Assembly (NCBI GenBank): GCA_964199315.1 | Contig: OZ116707.1 | Location: 8,122,001-8,186,000 of the forward strand | Length of the DNA stretch: 64,000 nucleotides | Direction of reading: 5' to 3' | Origin: Orbicella franksi | Taxonomy: Eukaryota | Shown here: positions 48,811 through 61,544 of the stretch, one piece after another | Position numbering within the stretch: position 1 is the stretch's first letter | Layout: each line of letters begins with the position of its first letter | Translations under genes and position numbers: made by a program | Notes under the pieces: generated by a model | Database searches by the model: none | Told to the model about the DNA's origin: nothing | The model's input: the letters and a program-made list of their open reading frames with translations, nothing else

Positions 48811-49375
48811 GCAAAATCTAACAGAAATAAATAAAAATTTAAAGAGGACGCGAAGTAATATGAAAATAAGAGCCATGAATAGGAACAATTAAAAGGACCC
48901 AAGACACGAAGCTTTCAATTACAATACAATTGCTCTACCTCTTGTTGGCTTCTTTAGTGAAACAACCCTTTCTTAGCAACTTAAACATCTTTTCAGTACA
49001 ACTCAAAATGTCAAGCACTATCGAAAGAGAAAGCCACTTTAAAATCATGGGTTAATCCCAAGATGATTATACAAAAGGTTTCTAAACTTATTAGTGTTTA
49101 AATGGAAACAATGTCAAGCAAATTAATTACAGCAAACAAGTGTTACATGAAAAGATTTGCAAGTCATGTCGGGATTCAATTTTATCTTTAGTTAACTTTT
49201 ATTTTTCATTTTTAACTTATCACCATGCAAAAACATATCTAAAACCAAAGAATAATAAAGCAGAAGCGTATATAAAATTAAACTTCAACAGCTATATAAA
49301 CCAGTCAAAAAAAAGCACTTTTATTTGGAAATTCATTTGTTTTAAAGGAAAATAATTTAGATTATTAATACTGTT

Positions 49376-51293
49376 TTAAGGATATAAACACTTCACGCAT
49401 TCATTTATTGCCAGCTTGGAGCTTGATCTTGTAGCTGTGGAAGGGAAACCACCCTTTCTACCAGGATTTTTTGGCATTCTGTTTTGGACAGTCAAAGAAA
49501 CATTCATGCTTCTCTTTGCACATGACTGTTTGTAGTGGTTAAGAAAATCAAGCAATTCCCCATTTTGCTGCACTGTCGCAACAGTATGGGAGCAAATTTG
49601 TATGCTATTAAAATGTGCACAATTTTTCTCACACCTATATTCTCCCTTTTGCTTCCTTGGCATGACAAGACGGCGACGTTTCTTATATCTTCAGCTCTCA
49701 ACCATCCGAGCTTTTTTTACCACAGCCTGGTGCCAGCACAACTGCATTGTTTTTGCCTAAAAGCACTATTGATTTTCCATAAATACCCTCAACTGTGGCA
49801 TCTGGTTGGTTTATCAAATGTCTTGAAATCTTTCAGAGGGATCATGGTTGTTAAATTTTTATCGTGTGCTGGCTCTGCAGACTCTTTTCTGTGACTTAAC
49901 ACAGACATTGCTGCCTTTTCTAACATTGACAACCCAGACACACCGACATTCTCATCTTTATCATCTTCATCAAAGTTAAGTACATCCATAATTGATTCCT
50001 CTTGTGATTCATTTTCTGGCTCTTCCACAGGTAATGCCATTAGGCTAACATTAGACCGAAGGACCATATTTATGTAGCCATCTTTTTCATCACTCATCAG
50101 GAAGATCTATTCATCCTCTGCCATTTCAAGGTGTTCCAAACTAGGATGCAATTGGTAATGCCCTTTATTTATGATTGCCCAGCGGGTATTTCGTGCCTGT
50201 CTTTCACAAAGTCTTTGCATCTTTGCAACGAATGAATCAACTGGTGATTCGGTGTGGTCAGTTTCTCTGCTGAGGAGGCTGTTACCACACTCTACCCTGT
50301 TTGTAAAGAATGCTTGTGGAGTCTAGCTCGTATTCTTAGAGGTCTGAGCATTGTTGCCTTCATCAAATCAGCCTTGTTTTTTGCAAACCATGTGTGGAAT
50401 TGTAAACCTTTTTCACCCTGTGGTTCATTCCAAACACCCTCTAGTCTCTGTAGACGTGCTTTGAATGCATCCATGTCTTCAGAATCGACCAAACCCTCTT
50501 CAAATCTAGTACCCTGTCGATTTGATTTCAGCTTATTTTTAAGAGTTGTAAGGGTGCTTTTTTGTGTGCGGGTATAAGGCTTTCTTTGTAGTGTCATTTC
50601 TGTGTGGCATTATTATAAACTGGTGTTCATCTTCAGTCAATTGATACTCTACTTTTGTCAAAGAATGTCTCTTGCCTTTATCATCTGAAAATATATAAAG
50701 AATAATTCAGCAGGTTGAAGTAAGAAAGGAATATAAAGGCTTAGAAAGCCATACATAATTGACTTTACATTTGCTGCTGAGAAATTTTGTCAGTCATGGG
50801 AATACTGGGTACAAATGTAGGAAGAGCTGGGGTAGGGAATCTGTGCACAAATTAAGGGAAAGCACTTCAGCTAAGTTTTCCTATTTCCAATGCTGCTGGG
50901 TTATTTTTTTCTGGATAAATAAGAGAGGTCTTGAAGACATCTCTAAAATAAAAGACTTAACTGTGATGAAAGAGACAATTCTGTGACAATCGTTGGCATC
51001 CCGGTTGAAGTAATAGTGTGTGTGCAATGTCACCCAAGTCCAACTCAGACTACTTGTGTCGAATGATGCTCTTCATCTTACCCTTTGGTAATATCCCTCA
51101 TCATTCTTTTCGTACAGCAGTGAAACGTGTGCTGGCCATTATTAATCCAAGAACCAGTATCAGCTGACAGTACATCAGCTACGTGTTTCAACTTTGATGT
51201 GTCAACAACAAAAGCTTTGTTTTGCATGACCTTCCTTGGAGGTATCGTGAGATGAGATGAGATGCAGTTGGCAGTTGGCAGTGTAACTGTCAA
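49376..51293 (-). pseudogene. Internally deleted MULE-like, SWIM-containing transposase remnant
   Basis: N-terminal NKAFVVDTSKL..DTGSW; PHRN..KPYTRTQKST; FEEGLVDSED..RLEGVW..FHTWF..MLRPLR; SWIM CEKNCAHFNSIQICSHTVA. No DDE core is visible. Confidence 0.5.
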
Positions 51294-52298
51294 TGTTACG
51301 AGAGTTTCCGCAACTGCCTCCTCCTTTCTCTCTTTGACATGTCACTCTTCGATTTCAGGCTGTTGAAAATTGGGAGTCGTTTGTCATTCTGATGGTATAA
51401 CTGGCTACGAAGAAAAAAACAACATGCTTTAGGGTAGCTTCTAAGATTTGCAAACATCACACGATTTGTGGAAAGGCGCTGTTAACATCGTGAAATTGTT
51501 TTTGTGGTCACTAACTTATGTATTCAACAATAAATGACTGAGTGGTAACCAGTAATTATGGTCTGGCTTGCATTATAAATGGGTTTGAGACTAAGTAAGT
51601 ACTATAGGTTGATGACATTACATCTCGTATACACTTTAAGATGTGGGTGAATAGCGCACCACTTACCTGGAAGTGAACAGTGATTTTCGTAGCGATTGGG
51701 TAATGGATGTCGCAGTCTGTCTTACTTTTTTGCTTCCTTTAATGGGTGAGTCATCATTTGAGCTCAAAACCACTCAATCAGTCCGTCAGATCTAATACAC
51801 TTTGGCTCTGGCACAAAGATTTCAAAAGATAATTGAAGGATATGATTTACTTTTTTATCTAAGGAGGAGAGAAACTTTGTATTTCAATACCAATTCTCTC
51901 CCCTCATAGGCTCCTACTGATAAATAAACAAAAGAATAGATTCATAAAAAAGCGTGTGGATGGAACAGTGATCCCACTGAATTGAATATTACTATCGATG
52001 ATTTAACAGCAATGAATTGTATGTCAAAGTATCATGATGTGATGTTCAATGGAATTCTAGCTGGTATTAAGTTGAATTCAGGAAGAAACGTCTTCTGTTG
52101 CTGTTTCTGTGGAAACTCTGTAGCTAGAGAATATCTGTTACATTAGACCTGAAAGGGAAGGCACTAGTTTATTGTAGCATTATACCTCCCATATGGCAAT
52201 TATCAGTTACAGAAATCGATCGAAACAGAATTTATTGCTTTAAATCGGTAGACAGGGCTTTGAAACTAGTCTCATTAGTTATTACAAATTTAATAAAC

Positions 52299-54766
52299 CT
52301 TTACTCATGTTGCAATCTTTTACATTCTAATTTTCTTGTTGCCATTCTGAGAAGCTTTTCATTTCTATCTGCCTCATCTTTGGTGTCGGAAATAATGTAA
52401 CGTTGTAATCACTACCCTGAAAAAAACATTGCTAAATTGAAATGTTGAGAGATCGTTGATTCTTGATCTTTCTGGCTTTCCTGCAGCTGCAGCTTTTTAA
52501 ACAGTTCATGTTTCATTGCATTCTTGTGTTTCCTCTAATGAAGAAATAGCCTTATATCTGTCTTAAAACCTAGTACAAAGTCACTTTGAAGCGACTTAAG
52601 CATAAGTCAGGATTTATGGGATTAGTTATTGCAAAGTATGCACATATCCTGACATACAGTAACGGCTTGATATGATCATACATTCTATTATGTTCACACT
52701 GACTATACTGCAATACTTCGTTGTGTACTTAACCTTTAAGGGATCGCAGCGTTCGCAGGTTTCACTTTTGATCTGGAATTCGGCGTCTACTGACCCGCCT
52801 TTCCACAAGCTTTTTTCTGGGTTGTACTCTTCCTTCCATTTGCTTTCCCAGCATTCCATCTTGTTATTCTTTCTAAGCTTCTAACGGTGAGATAACAAAT
52901 AAAGAAAACAAACATGTTTCATGTGCAAGCAAAGCATAAATGATCTACAATTTTACTTACCCATTTTTCCCTCTTTTTGAAACCCTCCTCAATGACTGAT
53001 CTCTGGTGTCTGCTGTGTTGTTTCAGATATTGTTTCTTTACGCTGTAGAAAAAAGCATCTTCTTGTAATAAACTGTGAGAAGTTTTTACTTGCTCTGTAT
53101 TCCAGAGGTTACATGATTGTATAACAACAACAGAAGACAGGAGAAGAAAAATTATTTTTATTAGAAAGTTGTGCAAGCCAGTCTGCAACAGTAAATATCA
53201 AATGCACAAAAACAAAATTCCATTTGCAACTCCTCAGAAACATCTTGTAACAGCCAGCAGAAACTAAAAGCTACATGACATGCAATGCAAACGCATTTCT
53301 GGATCAACAGAGTACATGACTTTGTAGCAACTACGTAGTGTATGCAGTATTTACTCAAAACTAATAAAAAAACTCAACTTACCTTTTGGTACCAATACTT
53401 TTCAGTGTCAAATTGCACAATGCTACTGAATCAAGCACTGGTTTCACAGGGATAGAGGTTAGTGGAGGACCTACATAATCAAGAATTCAAGAAAAAAAGA
53501 TATTATGATCCAGGAGTATCTCATTTCATTGCTTTGTTACATATCTCTTCTGAGACAACAAAGAACTTGGCTTTTTATAACCTACAGCCTGTATGTATAA
53601 CGATAAAACAGCATGCAAAGGATAAACATTGTAATAAATTGCCGAATGTACGTCTCACCTCCAAGATGGCATTGCCGTTTAGCACAAGGAGCATCATCCT
53701 TCTCTAATCTCATACTTGTCGTTGCAATTGCTGGTTTTTTTCTGTAAACAAGGAAGTATGGTTTGTTTCCAAATAAGTACACTGAAATAAATATTGCAGA
53801 AACAGGTCACCAACACATTCTCCAATTGACACTGACCTTCTTTGCCTTTCCAGAGAAAGAAGATGACCAGCAAATTCTGATTCAGTGGTGTACCCACACT
53901 TGATCTTCGTGGACACCCAAGAAGAGTACAATACACTGTAACGAAATCCTTCAATGACCCCTTTGCTAGACGTGACTACACTGCTTTTACGAAGTGTAGA
54001 TTCATTTGCGCCTGCTTCCAGTTCGACGGCCACCATGGCCTGACATAACAGCAAATAAACAAATCCCTTCCAAATGCCCCAAACAGCAAAGATGTAACCA
54101 AAAATTGTAACAAAAACAAAGAATGGACGTTCCTCTGACCAACTGATGATATCGTTGCATGCGCCAAACAAGGATGGCTTTGATTGACAGAGATAGTATA
54201 TAGATTTAGCCAAGCCTAAAAGCGGAGCTCCTGATTGTAATAACTGACGATAAAGGAAAGAGAAAATTATTTTTTCTTGGATCAGAAACCCAAAAAATGA
54301 TCATTTGTGAGCATGTAATTGTTCAGCATGTGGTTTTGCTAGTTTTTCCAGTTACATTTTAACAAACTATACCCAACAATCCTAACCAAGATTGGAGAAA
54401 TTACATGTGCAATATATCAGGGACTTTCCAAGAGACGATTGTACAAGGAATATGTCAAAAGAAAAGTCAACAACACTCCAGGGGTTAATTTGCACAACCT
54501 CGATGAGCTCTAAACCTGAGCCCGCGATATAGTCATGTGATACTGGTCAGCAGATAGCTTGTTGTGACAGCTGTCAATTAACAATAGTGTGGATGCCCAA
54601 AATCAAAGATGTAGTTATGGTAATGGTGCTACTTTGTTGGTTTTCAAGGTATTGGTGTACAGTCACGTGACAACCAAAATTTTTCAGATCGATGGGTTAC
54701 CAAATTTTCTAAGGTATGGGGCTCCGCTCGAAGGCATGCAGGAGCTCCGCTATAAATCACTGTCAT
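52299..54766 (-). pseudogene. Orphan multi-exon gene for a hydrophobic, Cys-containing membrane or glycoprotein
   Basis: ATG at 54766; exon ends 53383 | 53042-52961 | 52880-52734 | 52416-52299, all GT-AG and phase-compatible through the fourth exon. TM-like FFVFVTIFGYIFAVWGIWKGFVYLLL; sequons NES, NHT, NLT, NVT. Confidence 0.55.
54199..54754 (+). mobile_element. Non-autonomous Helentron/DINE-like element
   Basis: 13-bp subterminal IR AGCGGAGCTCCTG (54221-54233) / CAGGAGCTCCGCT (54739-54751); 3' GCTCC..GGAGC hairpin; no TSD needed to restore the host frame. Confidence 0.55.
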
Positions 54767-54977
54767 AACCGCTTGACAATTTTGAAAAACTTTGCCAATT
54801 CTATAAAAATTTTAGGTGTGCTAATGTGCATGCTTCACCTGTGAGCTGCTCTTTTAAAAGTGCTAAGGAAAAAATGTTACTCTCCTCACCTCTTTTAAAA
54901 TGAATATAACTTTTACTTGTCACAGATATTTTTATGCTTGTATTTGCCAAATGAAAATATTTCCCACAGTAGCACTT

Positions 54978-57900
54978 TCGTGAATATAAAATTGATGACA
55001 TAGAACACATGGACAGGCTGACTCCATGTGTTTGGCTCAACATTCTGTTGACCCACACTGAGAAATTCTGGGCCTGGTAGTGACTGTTAGGCTGGAAGTG
55101 GGCAATTACTGCTCCTTTAGTTCCATGTACATGGGAGTCAATAATGAAAAAAATGCCACTACTGTCCACAATAATTAACAGTGCCATCTCATGTACCAGC
55201 AAAACATGCAAGGATGGGCATTACTGTGACAATGTCCTAACAGCAGTGTTTAACTGATCCAAGGGGTTAGCACCAAATGCATTGTATTCACAGTACACTT
55301 GTTCCTCTTGACACTGGTCTTAAGCTAGTTCTATTCCTTCATCAACAATGACATGAACATCTTTATCAAAAAGCTGATCATGAATGCTATTTCTAGCTAT
55401 TATGGCATGTTCTAAAGCAGTCTGCCAGTGAATGTTCAGATTCTGTTCCACTTAAGTGTTATCCAGGTTACACTGCTGATAAAGTAAACCAAAATTACAA
55501 GCAATGAAAATGCAAGAATTTCTTCCATTTTGGTTGCAGATTGTTGACTGTGACATGTTGAGGGGGAAATACCACTCTGTTACTCCAGTTCCTACATTGG
55601 CTCCCAGCAAGTCAACTTGCAATGCTGAGGTTGGTTGAACAGATTGCATAGGGCTGACAATTGAAGGAGGAGAAGGCAGTGAGGTGACACTGACAGCAGA
55701 TGCTGGAGAGGAAGGTGGCAGGATGTTGGTAGTCAGAGTGGCAGCTAACGATGAGGTGGCAGAAGACTGGCTGTTTGCATTCAGAGTGGATGCTGAAGTG
55801 GCAGAGGGCTGACTGTTTACATTCTGAGTAGCAGAAGACATGATAGAAGGCCGAGTGTGTGCATTTGGTGTGGCAGCTGAGGTGACAGAAGGTAGAGTGC
55901 TTAAATTCTGTGTAGTAGCTGAAGTGGCAGAAGGCTGACTGTTTACATTCTGAGTAGCAGAAGACGTGATAGAAGGCCGAGTGTGCATTTGGTGTGGCAG
56001 TGAGGTGACAGAAGGTAAAGTGCTTAAATTCTGTGTAGCAGCTGAAGTGGCAGAAGGCTGACTGTTTACATTCTGAGTCGCAGCTGTAGTAGCAGAAGAC
56101 TGGCTGTTTGCATTTGATGTGGCAGCTGAGGTAACAGAAGGTAGAGTGTTCAAATTTTGAGTAACAGCTGAAGTGGCAGAGGGTATGGTGTTTCCACTGA
56201 CAGATGCTGCAGGGGATGTACTGGAGGTCAACTGTCCCTGTAGCTGTCAAAGATCTGCTGCCAATCTCTCGCTTTTCCTTCTTCGCTTTTGGTGGTAACT
56301 GCTCCACCAGCTTCTAATCTGATTGTTTTTCAACACAGCCAGCCCTCTTTCCCACATTGCTATGATGCAGTCTGCAGGACCTGCACAGACTCCTTCACTT
56401 GCTTGTCTGTCGTAAAACTGAATCGTTACCTCTTTTTGCTCAGTGTTAACTGGAATAACAGGTTCTGTGGCATGCTGAATAAACTGGATGCTGTATGGCT
56501 CTCCAGAGTAATTTCCTCCATCTGTCAATGAGAGATAGAGCTCTTCTGTCATGATTGCACCAGTTGCTCCTGCAATAGGGCATGATCGGCTGGCCAGAAC
56601 TTGGACTTGAGCCTTGGTCTTCTTAAGTTCTTTCCCCACCCCAGCAAGAGATCGGGCAATTAGTCCGCCACTTTGCTGACCAGCTGTTGGAAACTAGAAG
56701 TTCCCAAAAAGGGATATATCTTTCAGTGCCCCAACTTTGTTTGGTGCCTTGGCTCTGTCTGTGTTCGGCTTATGGCACTAGACATTCTTAATTGCCTATG
56801 AAACAAGAGGCTCCAAGTAGCCTATACTCATGCGCAAGAGAATAAGTCATATGAAATAGATACACAATGCGTACATAGTCAGACAAGCACTTTGAAAACG
56901 TTTGCCATCTGACAACTAGAAATAACACAGCAGAAACGCTAATTTGAAAAAAGTTCATCAGAGATCTAAGATATAGATAATTAAGATGCAGGAGAGAAGA
57001 TAAATGTTGAATGCAATATGCCATCTTTATTACAAGGATATCATCAGGCGAATAACTAAACAAGCGAAGTCGAAAAATTACAGATAGAGAAGTAACAAAT
57101 GATCAGACTTGCAAATTGGATGAAATATCTTTTTTCATAGCAGTTCTGAACTAAATCTCTTTAGGCATTTTTTGTTCGTGTTAGACTTGTTTATGTTGGT
57201 TGTTAGGAATATATTCCAGTACTGGGCCATTGTAACAAATATCAACTTTGCCTTTTTTTATTATATTTGTAATTTGATTTTAAAATACACTTGAAACTCG
57301 ATAAAATAACAGTACTCCTCAGTAGGCACCTGGTGTCTCTTGTAAGTTACATCATGCAATGCCATATTTCCGAGAATTAAAATATTATTATACATATATA
57401 TATATATATATATATCCTTAGACATGTTGCTAAAAATGTAATGTTTCAATAATTGATACAAAATGCAAGGTGTACTAGACTAACCAAGAAGCAGGAAAAG
57501 AAAAAGGAAAAAAAATTAAACACACAAGTGTTTTATTACCTGACATTGTTCATCACATTCTTCTTGACTTGAGCAATTTCAGTTTTTAATGGACACAAAC
57601 CTTGTACCAGAATAACTTTAAGTATATTACAGTCCTTTTTGCATTTTCTAAAAGCTAAAGATATAAACAGTTGTCTGAAATAACACCAAAAACACTTTCT
57701 CATGGGAACTCGAGCAAGTAAATTTCAAAGTTCAGAGGAATTGTCAGGTTAAATGTGGGTAAAATTTCATCATCAGTTTCATTTCACCAGTACTTTCAAG
57801 TGTTTCATATATTACTTCAAAATTTATTTTCTACATTTGGTGCTGTTAGAAATGATTTCTTTTGAGAAGATATTTAAAAGAGTTGCACAGAAGTTTCCAA

Positions 57901-60900
57901 TAATCTCAGTAAAACGTTTTAGTCCGCTTGTTACTCAAACTTTTGGTGGATCCCTTCTTAACACCTAAGCTAGTATATAACTATAACTGAACTGAACGAC
58001 TTTAATCTGCATTTGATAATGGCGACAAGATAACGCCGAAATGTCAAGTTATAGCATTTATTTTTCTTTTATAATAATTTCTTTGTAACCAAGTATCTTT
58101 TGGGATTTGAGGGACAAAAGAAACTTGAAAATTTTGTCCTGAAATCCTCGGAGACATGCTAGAATATTGATATACGGTATATCGAACATGGCCTATTACC
58201 TGCCCATTTTGTTGAACACGTCCATTTACACGAACAGGAAGCATTTTTTGACCAAAAGATCAAGTACACAGAGCACGTTCTTAGTAACTGATTCTTCGTA
58301 ATATGTCCTTGATTCTCCAAAACCCTAATAAATGTGAGACTTGTAATATTGTCAGATGGCGATCAACACAAACAATGGCTTACCTCTCCAGAAACACTTT
58401 CTTGCTGTTCACGGATGCTCACATGCCAGTTCAGAATCTTTAACACGAACTAAAGTACTGATAGGTACTTTCACACCGTATCAAATTGAGGAAAAAGCAC
58501 AATGCTTGCGAAAAAACAGCACCTTCTTGAAGAATCCAATATGGCGGACAGAGCTCCAAAGACCATGGTAAATGTATGCATGCATAAATTTGCATGCACA
58601 AATGTGACACCAAAACGGAGAAATGCAGCCCAATCCTTAACTCATGCGCCATACTGTGCATGAGTAAATAGCAGAACAAAATGGAAAGCGAGTAGTTAAA
58701 ATTTGTAAAATGACAACAAAAAATATTATTTGTCTTGGTGATATCCATACCTGCATTAGGAGTTGAGGACTTTCTCTATGAGACATCCTCAAAATTACAT
58801 AAAATTGTTAGGCTACAGGCAAGTGAAATTTGCAGGAAAATTCAAATAGCATGAGCAGTATTAATCATCATGACATTTTAATTGTGCACCCAGCAATAAC
58901 ATTTCAAGTATCCAAGGGTTTCTGGAGTGAGGAGTCACCAGGCATAACATCTAACTGGAGTTTTCATTTGAAATGCACTTTGCATGTGGGGCTTTTGTTA
59001 AGGCAGCTCAACATAACTTAAGAGTTTCCTCATCCATTAAACATGTTATGGACATTCTATAAATGACATTATTGAATAAGGCAATGATGCATACCCCAAT
59101 TATCTCTCCAAGCTGATTTTGTGTCTCCAGGTTGTTGCCAACTTGCACCCAATGTACTATTTTGTGGCTAACATGGGCAAAATGTGTGTCAAGCTAGGAC
59201 TTTCCCTTTCCTCTTCAGAAGTTATTGTACTCTACTAAGGTTAAATCAAATGCTTGATTTACTTTGGCCAGGTAGAGAAGGAGGCCTGAATTATGGTAAT
59301 GAGGGACATTATCTGCTGCAATAAAATAACATACAAACAACCCAAATTAGAATAGAAAATAGTTTTCTCAATATTGATATTTCATATCAGCACATTCAGA
59401 CAATCATCACACATGACAATGTGACTCTATGCACAATAAGAGAAAACAGGGTCCTGCAGACATTACCACGCACAATTCCAGGTTATTCACACGAGATCTG
59501 ACAGCTACATTTCACAGTCATGGCTAAAAAAGAAGTCACCAAGTCTTGCACCAAACGTGCAAAAATACTGCTTTGAAATCACATATAGTAACAAAATGTT
59601 TTGTCACACATACTTATTTCTGTTCATGAAATATAATACAAGAAAATGTAAGGCCAGTCCAGCAGCCAATTATGGTAATAATAAACCAGAAAACAAGTAC
59701 ACTCTAAACCCAGGGAATGATTGTTGGAGCCATGAAAAGCCACATCCATGGCACTCTGGCTGAACCAAGAATCTTGCTTGGTGTCCTCACACCATAGGTC
59801 CAGCACCTCACTAATTTTCTTGTTTTCCTCAACTTGGGCTCGGGCAAGGAGGCCATGGAGAGATATGCCTCTCTTCCCATACCAGTCTCTTTGAATCTCA
59901 TGAAGATGCACACCAAGCTCAAGTGGTTTCATCTTGTAATCAATGATTACCACTGCTTCGCCTGGTTGGAGATTGTTGAGCACAAATCTGTGGTAGTCTC
60001 CTTGATGCTTGGTTCTCAACAAATGACCAATATACAACACACTGGAGGTCATCACTTCCTTCAGCTCCTCTTTCAGTCTGTCTCACTCAGAGGTATCTGC
60101 TATCCTCCTTATGTGAACGTTCACAACCTTCTCAACTTGAACCAATGCAACAACATCAGGGCAAGACAGCAATTTTCCTGAACTGGGTGTTAAGGAACTG
60201 CTGATGCTTTGTGACCTTTGCTTTCTCTTCTTTCACTGAGATAGCTGCATTACATTCAATGTCATTCAACAAAGTTTGCATGTTGTCATAATTGGAGTGA
60301 CCATAATCATCACAAAGATTGCAAAGTCCTGCCAACATTGTGTCAGAGCGAAAGCTTGGTGGAAGATGGCTATAAATATATGTTCTCTTTACGCCATTAG
60401 GAAACTCTAACAGGTACTGGTTAACCAGGTTTTTGATGCTATCTTTCCAATACCTGACTGGAATGTCTTGATCATTAATAATGATGCTCCTGCAGGATGA
60501 AGGTCTTGACACTTCATCCCTCATGAAGAACTCTGGATTCATGCACTGTCGTTGGAACTTGCACTAGGATGGCAGGGTCCCACCATGACCAAAGAGAATT
60601 GCATGCACTCTGGCTGCAGTGACAGTACACGGAGAGCAACCAAACTGTTCTTGCAGAAACCGATATGTGTAATCCATGGCAACAATGGGCAAAAACCTCC
60701 TCCATTCACCTGCAAAATATGTCATTCTTCCAAAAGATTCAGCAGCAACAATCCTGTTCTTAAATGCAGAAACACATTTCTTGCACCCAACTATTTCAGT
60801 GATTAATTGAGGCAAGTCTGTTTCTTCGAAAACTACAACTTTCAAAGTTGCTTGTCTTAAGGTGTCAATTATTTCACTTCTGATTTCTCTCTGGCCACGT
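54978..60900 (-). pseudogene. Spliced Sola3-like DDD transposase fused to a homeodomain-like HTH, Ser/Thr repeats and a herpes-tegument-like cysteine protease
   Basis: LAGLCNLCDDYG; IDYKMK..QRDWYGKRGISLHG; FS|DNVPHYH; GKGKS*LD. Exons end 59687 | 59312-59095 | start 56795. IRSWWSSYHQKRRR; SQSTICNQNGRNSC; IIDSHVHGTKGAVI. Confidence 0.65.
58010..58048 (+). ncRNA. Degenerate hammerhead variant (U3-A8), solitary Penelope-end remnant
   Basis: CAT-TTGATAA-T-GGCG-ACAAGATAA-CGCC-GAAAT-GTC-AAG. Confidence 0.45.
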
Positions 60901-61544
60901 AAACTTTGATTTTTATATGAATAAATAAGAATTCAAATATATGAATTGTTGATTTTATACGGAATTATTGTTGATCCTCAGTCAAAAATATCACTACATA
61001 TGCCATTTTCGATCTTGATCATGGGTTGTTGACCAAGATTTGCCTTGTTTGTGTGCAAATGTTTGAATCAGTGACACAAAATGAAAATATCTAAATTTAT
61101 TGGATGCTGGATCATGGCAGCTATTGGGTATCAGGATGAGTTAACATTCCACAGCAGTCAAATGCTATGAAAGAACAATTGTTTGGTACCTAAGAAAGGA
61201 AACACGAAAACCCTTTTTTCTCCTTGCATTTATTGTTTCAATTCTTTGGTGAGGCAATATCAATACGAACTAGGATATTTCTCTATTTCGTGACTGCACT
61301 CGTGGATCAGCTTGTTTTTGTGCACATGGATGGAACATGACACCACAAGAATGATTGTATTGAGATAACAGCAGATCCATACCATGCAAGTCTTGTGCGA
61401 AATGACATAATTATAATCAAGGTACATATATCTGCTTTCAAAAGCTCAGTAGCAGTTGTTATTTTCTAGTGACTTTTTTAATATTTAATATGATTTTTTT
61501 AATATTTTTTCATATTAATATTCGGTAATTAATATTTAATATTA

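Noticed and set aside
48551-48892. Several short ORFs
   Set aside because: Low-complexity GGAACA repeat.
51870-52148. Further exon of the orphan membrane gene
   Set aside because: An acceptor is present but the reading frame cannot be chosen; all frames have stops.
58390-58570. Extra exon of the Sola3-like gene
   Set aside because: 59095 splices in phase directly to 56795, and no transposase motif is recognisable here.
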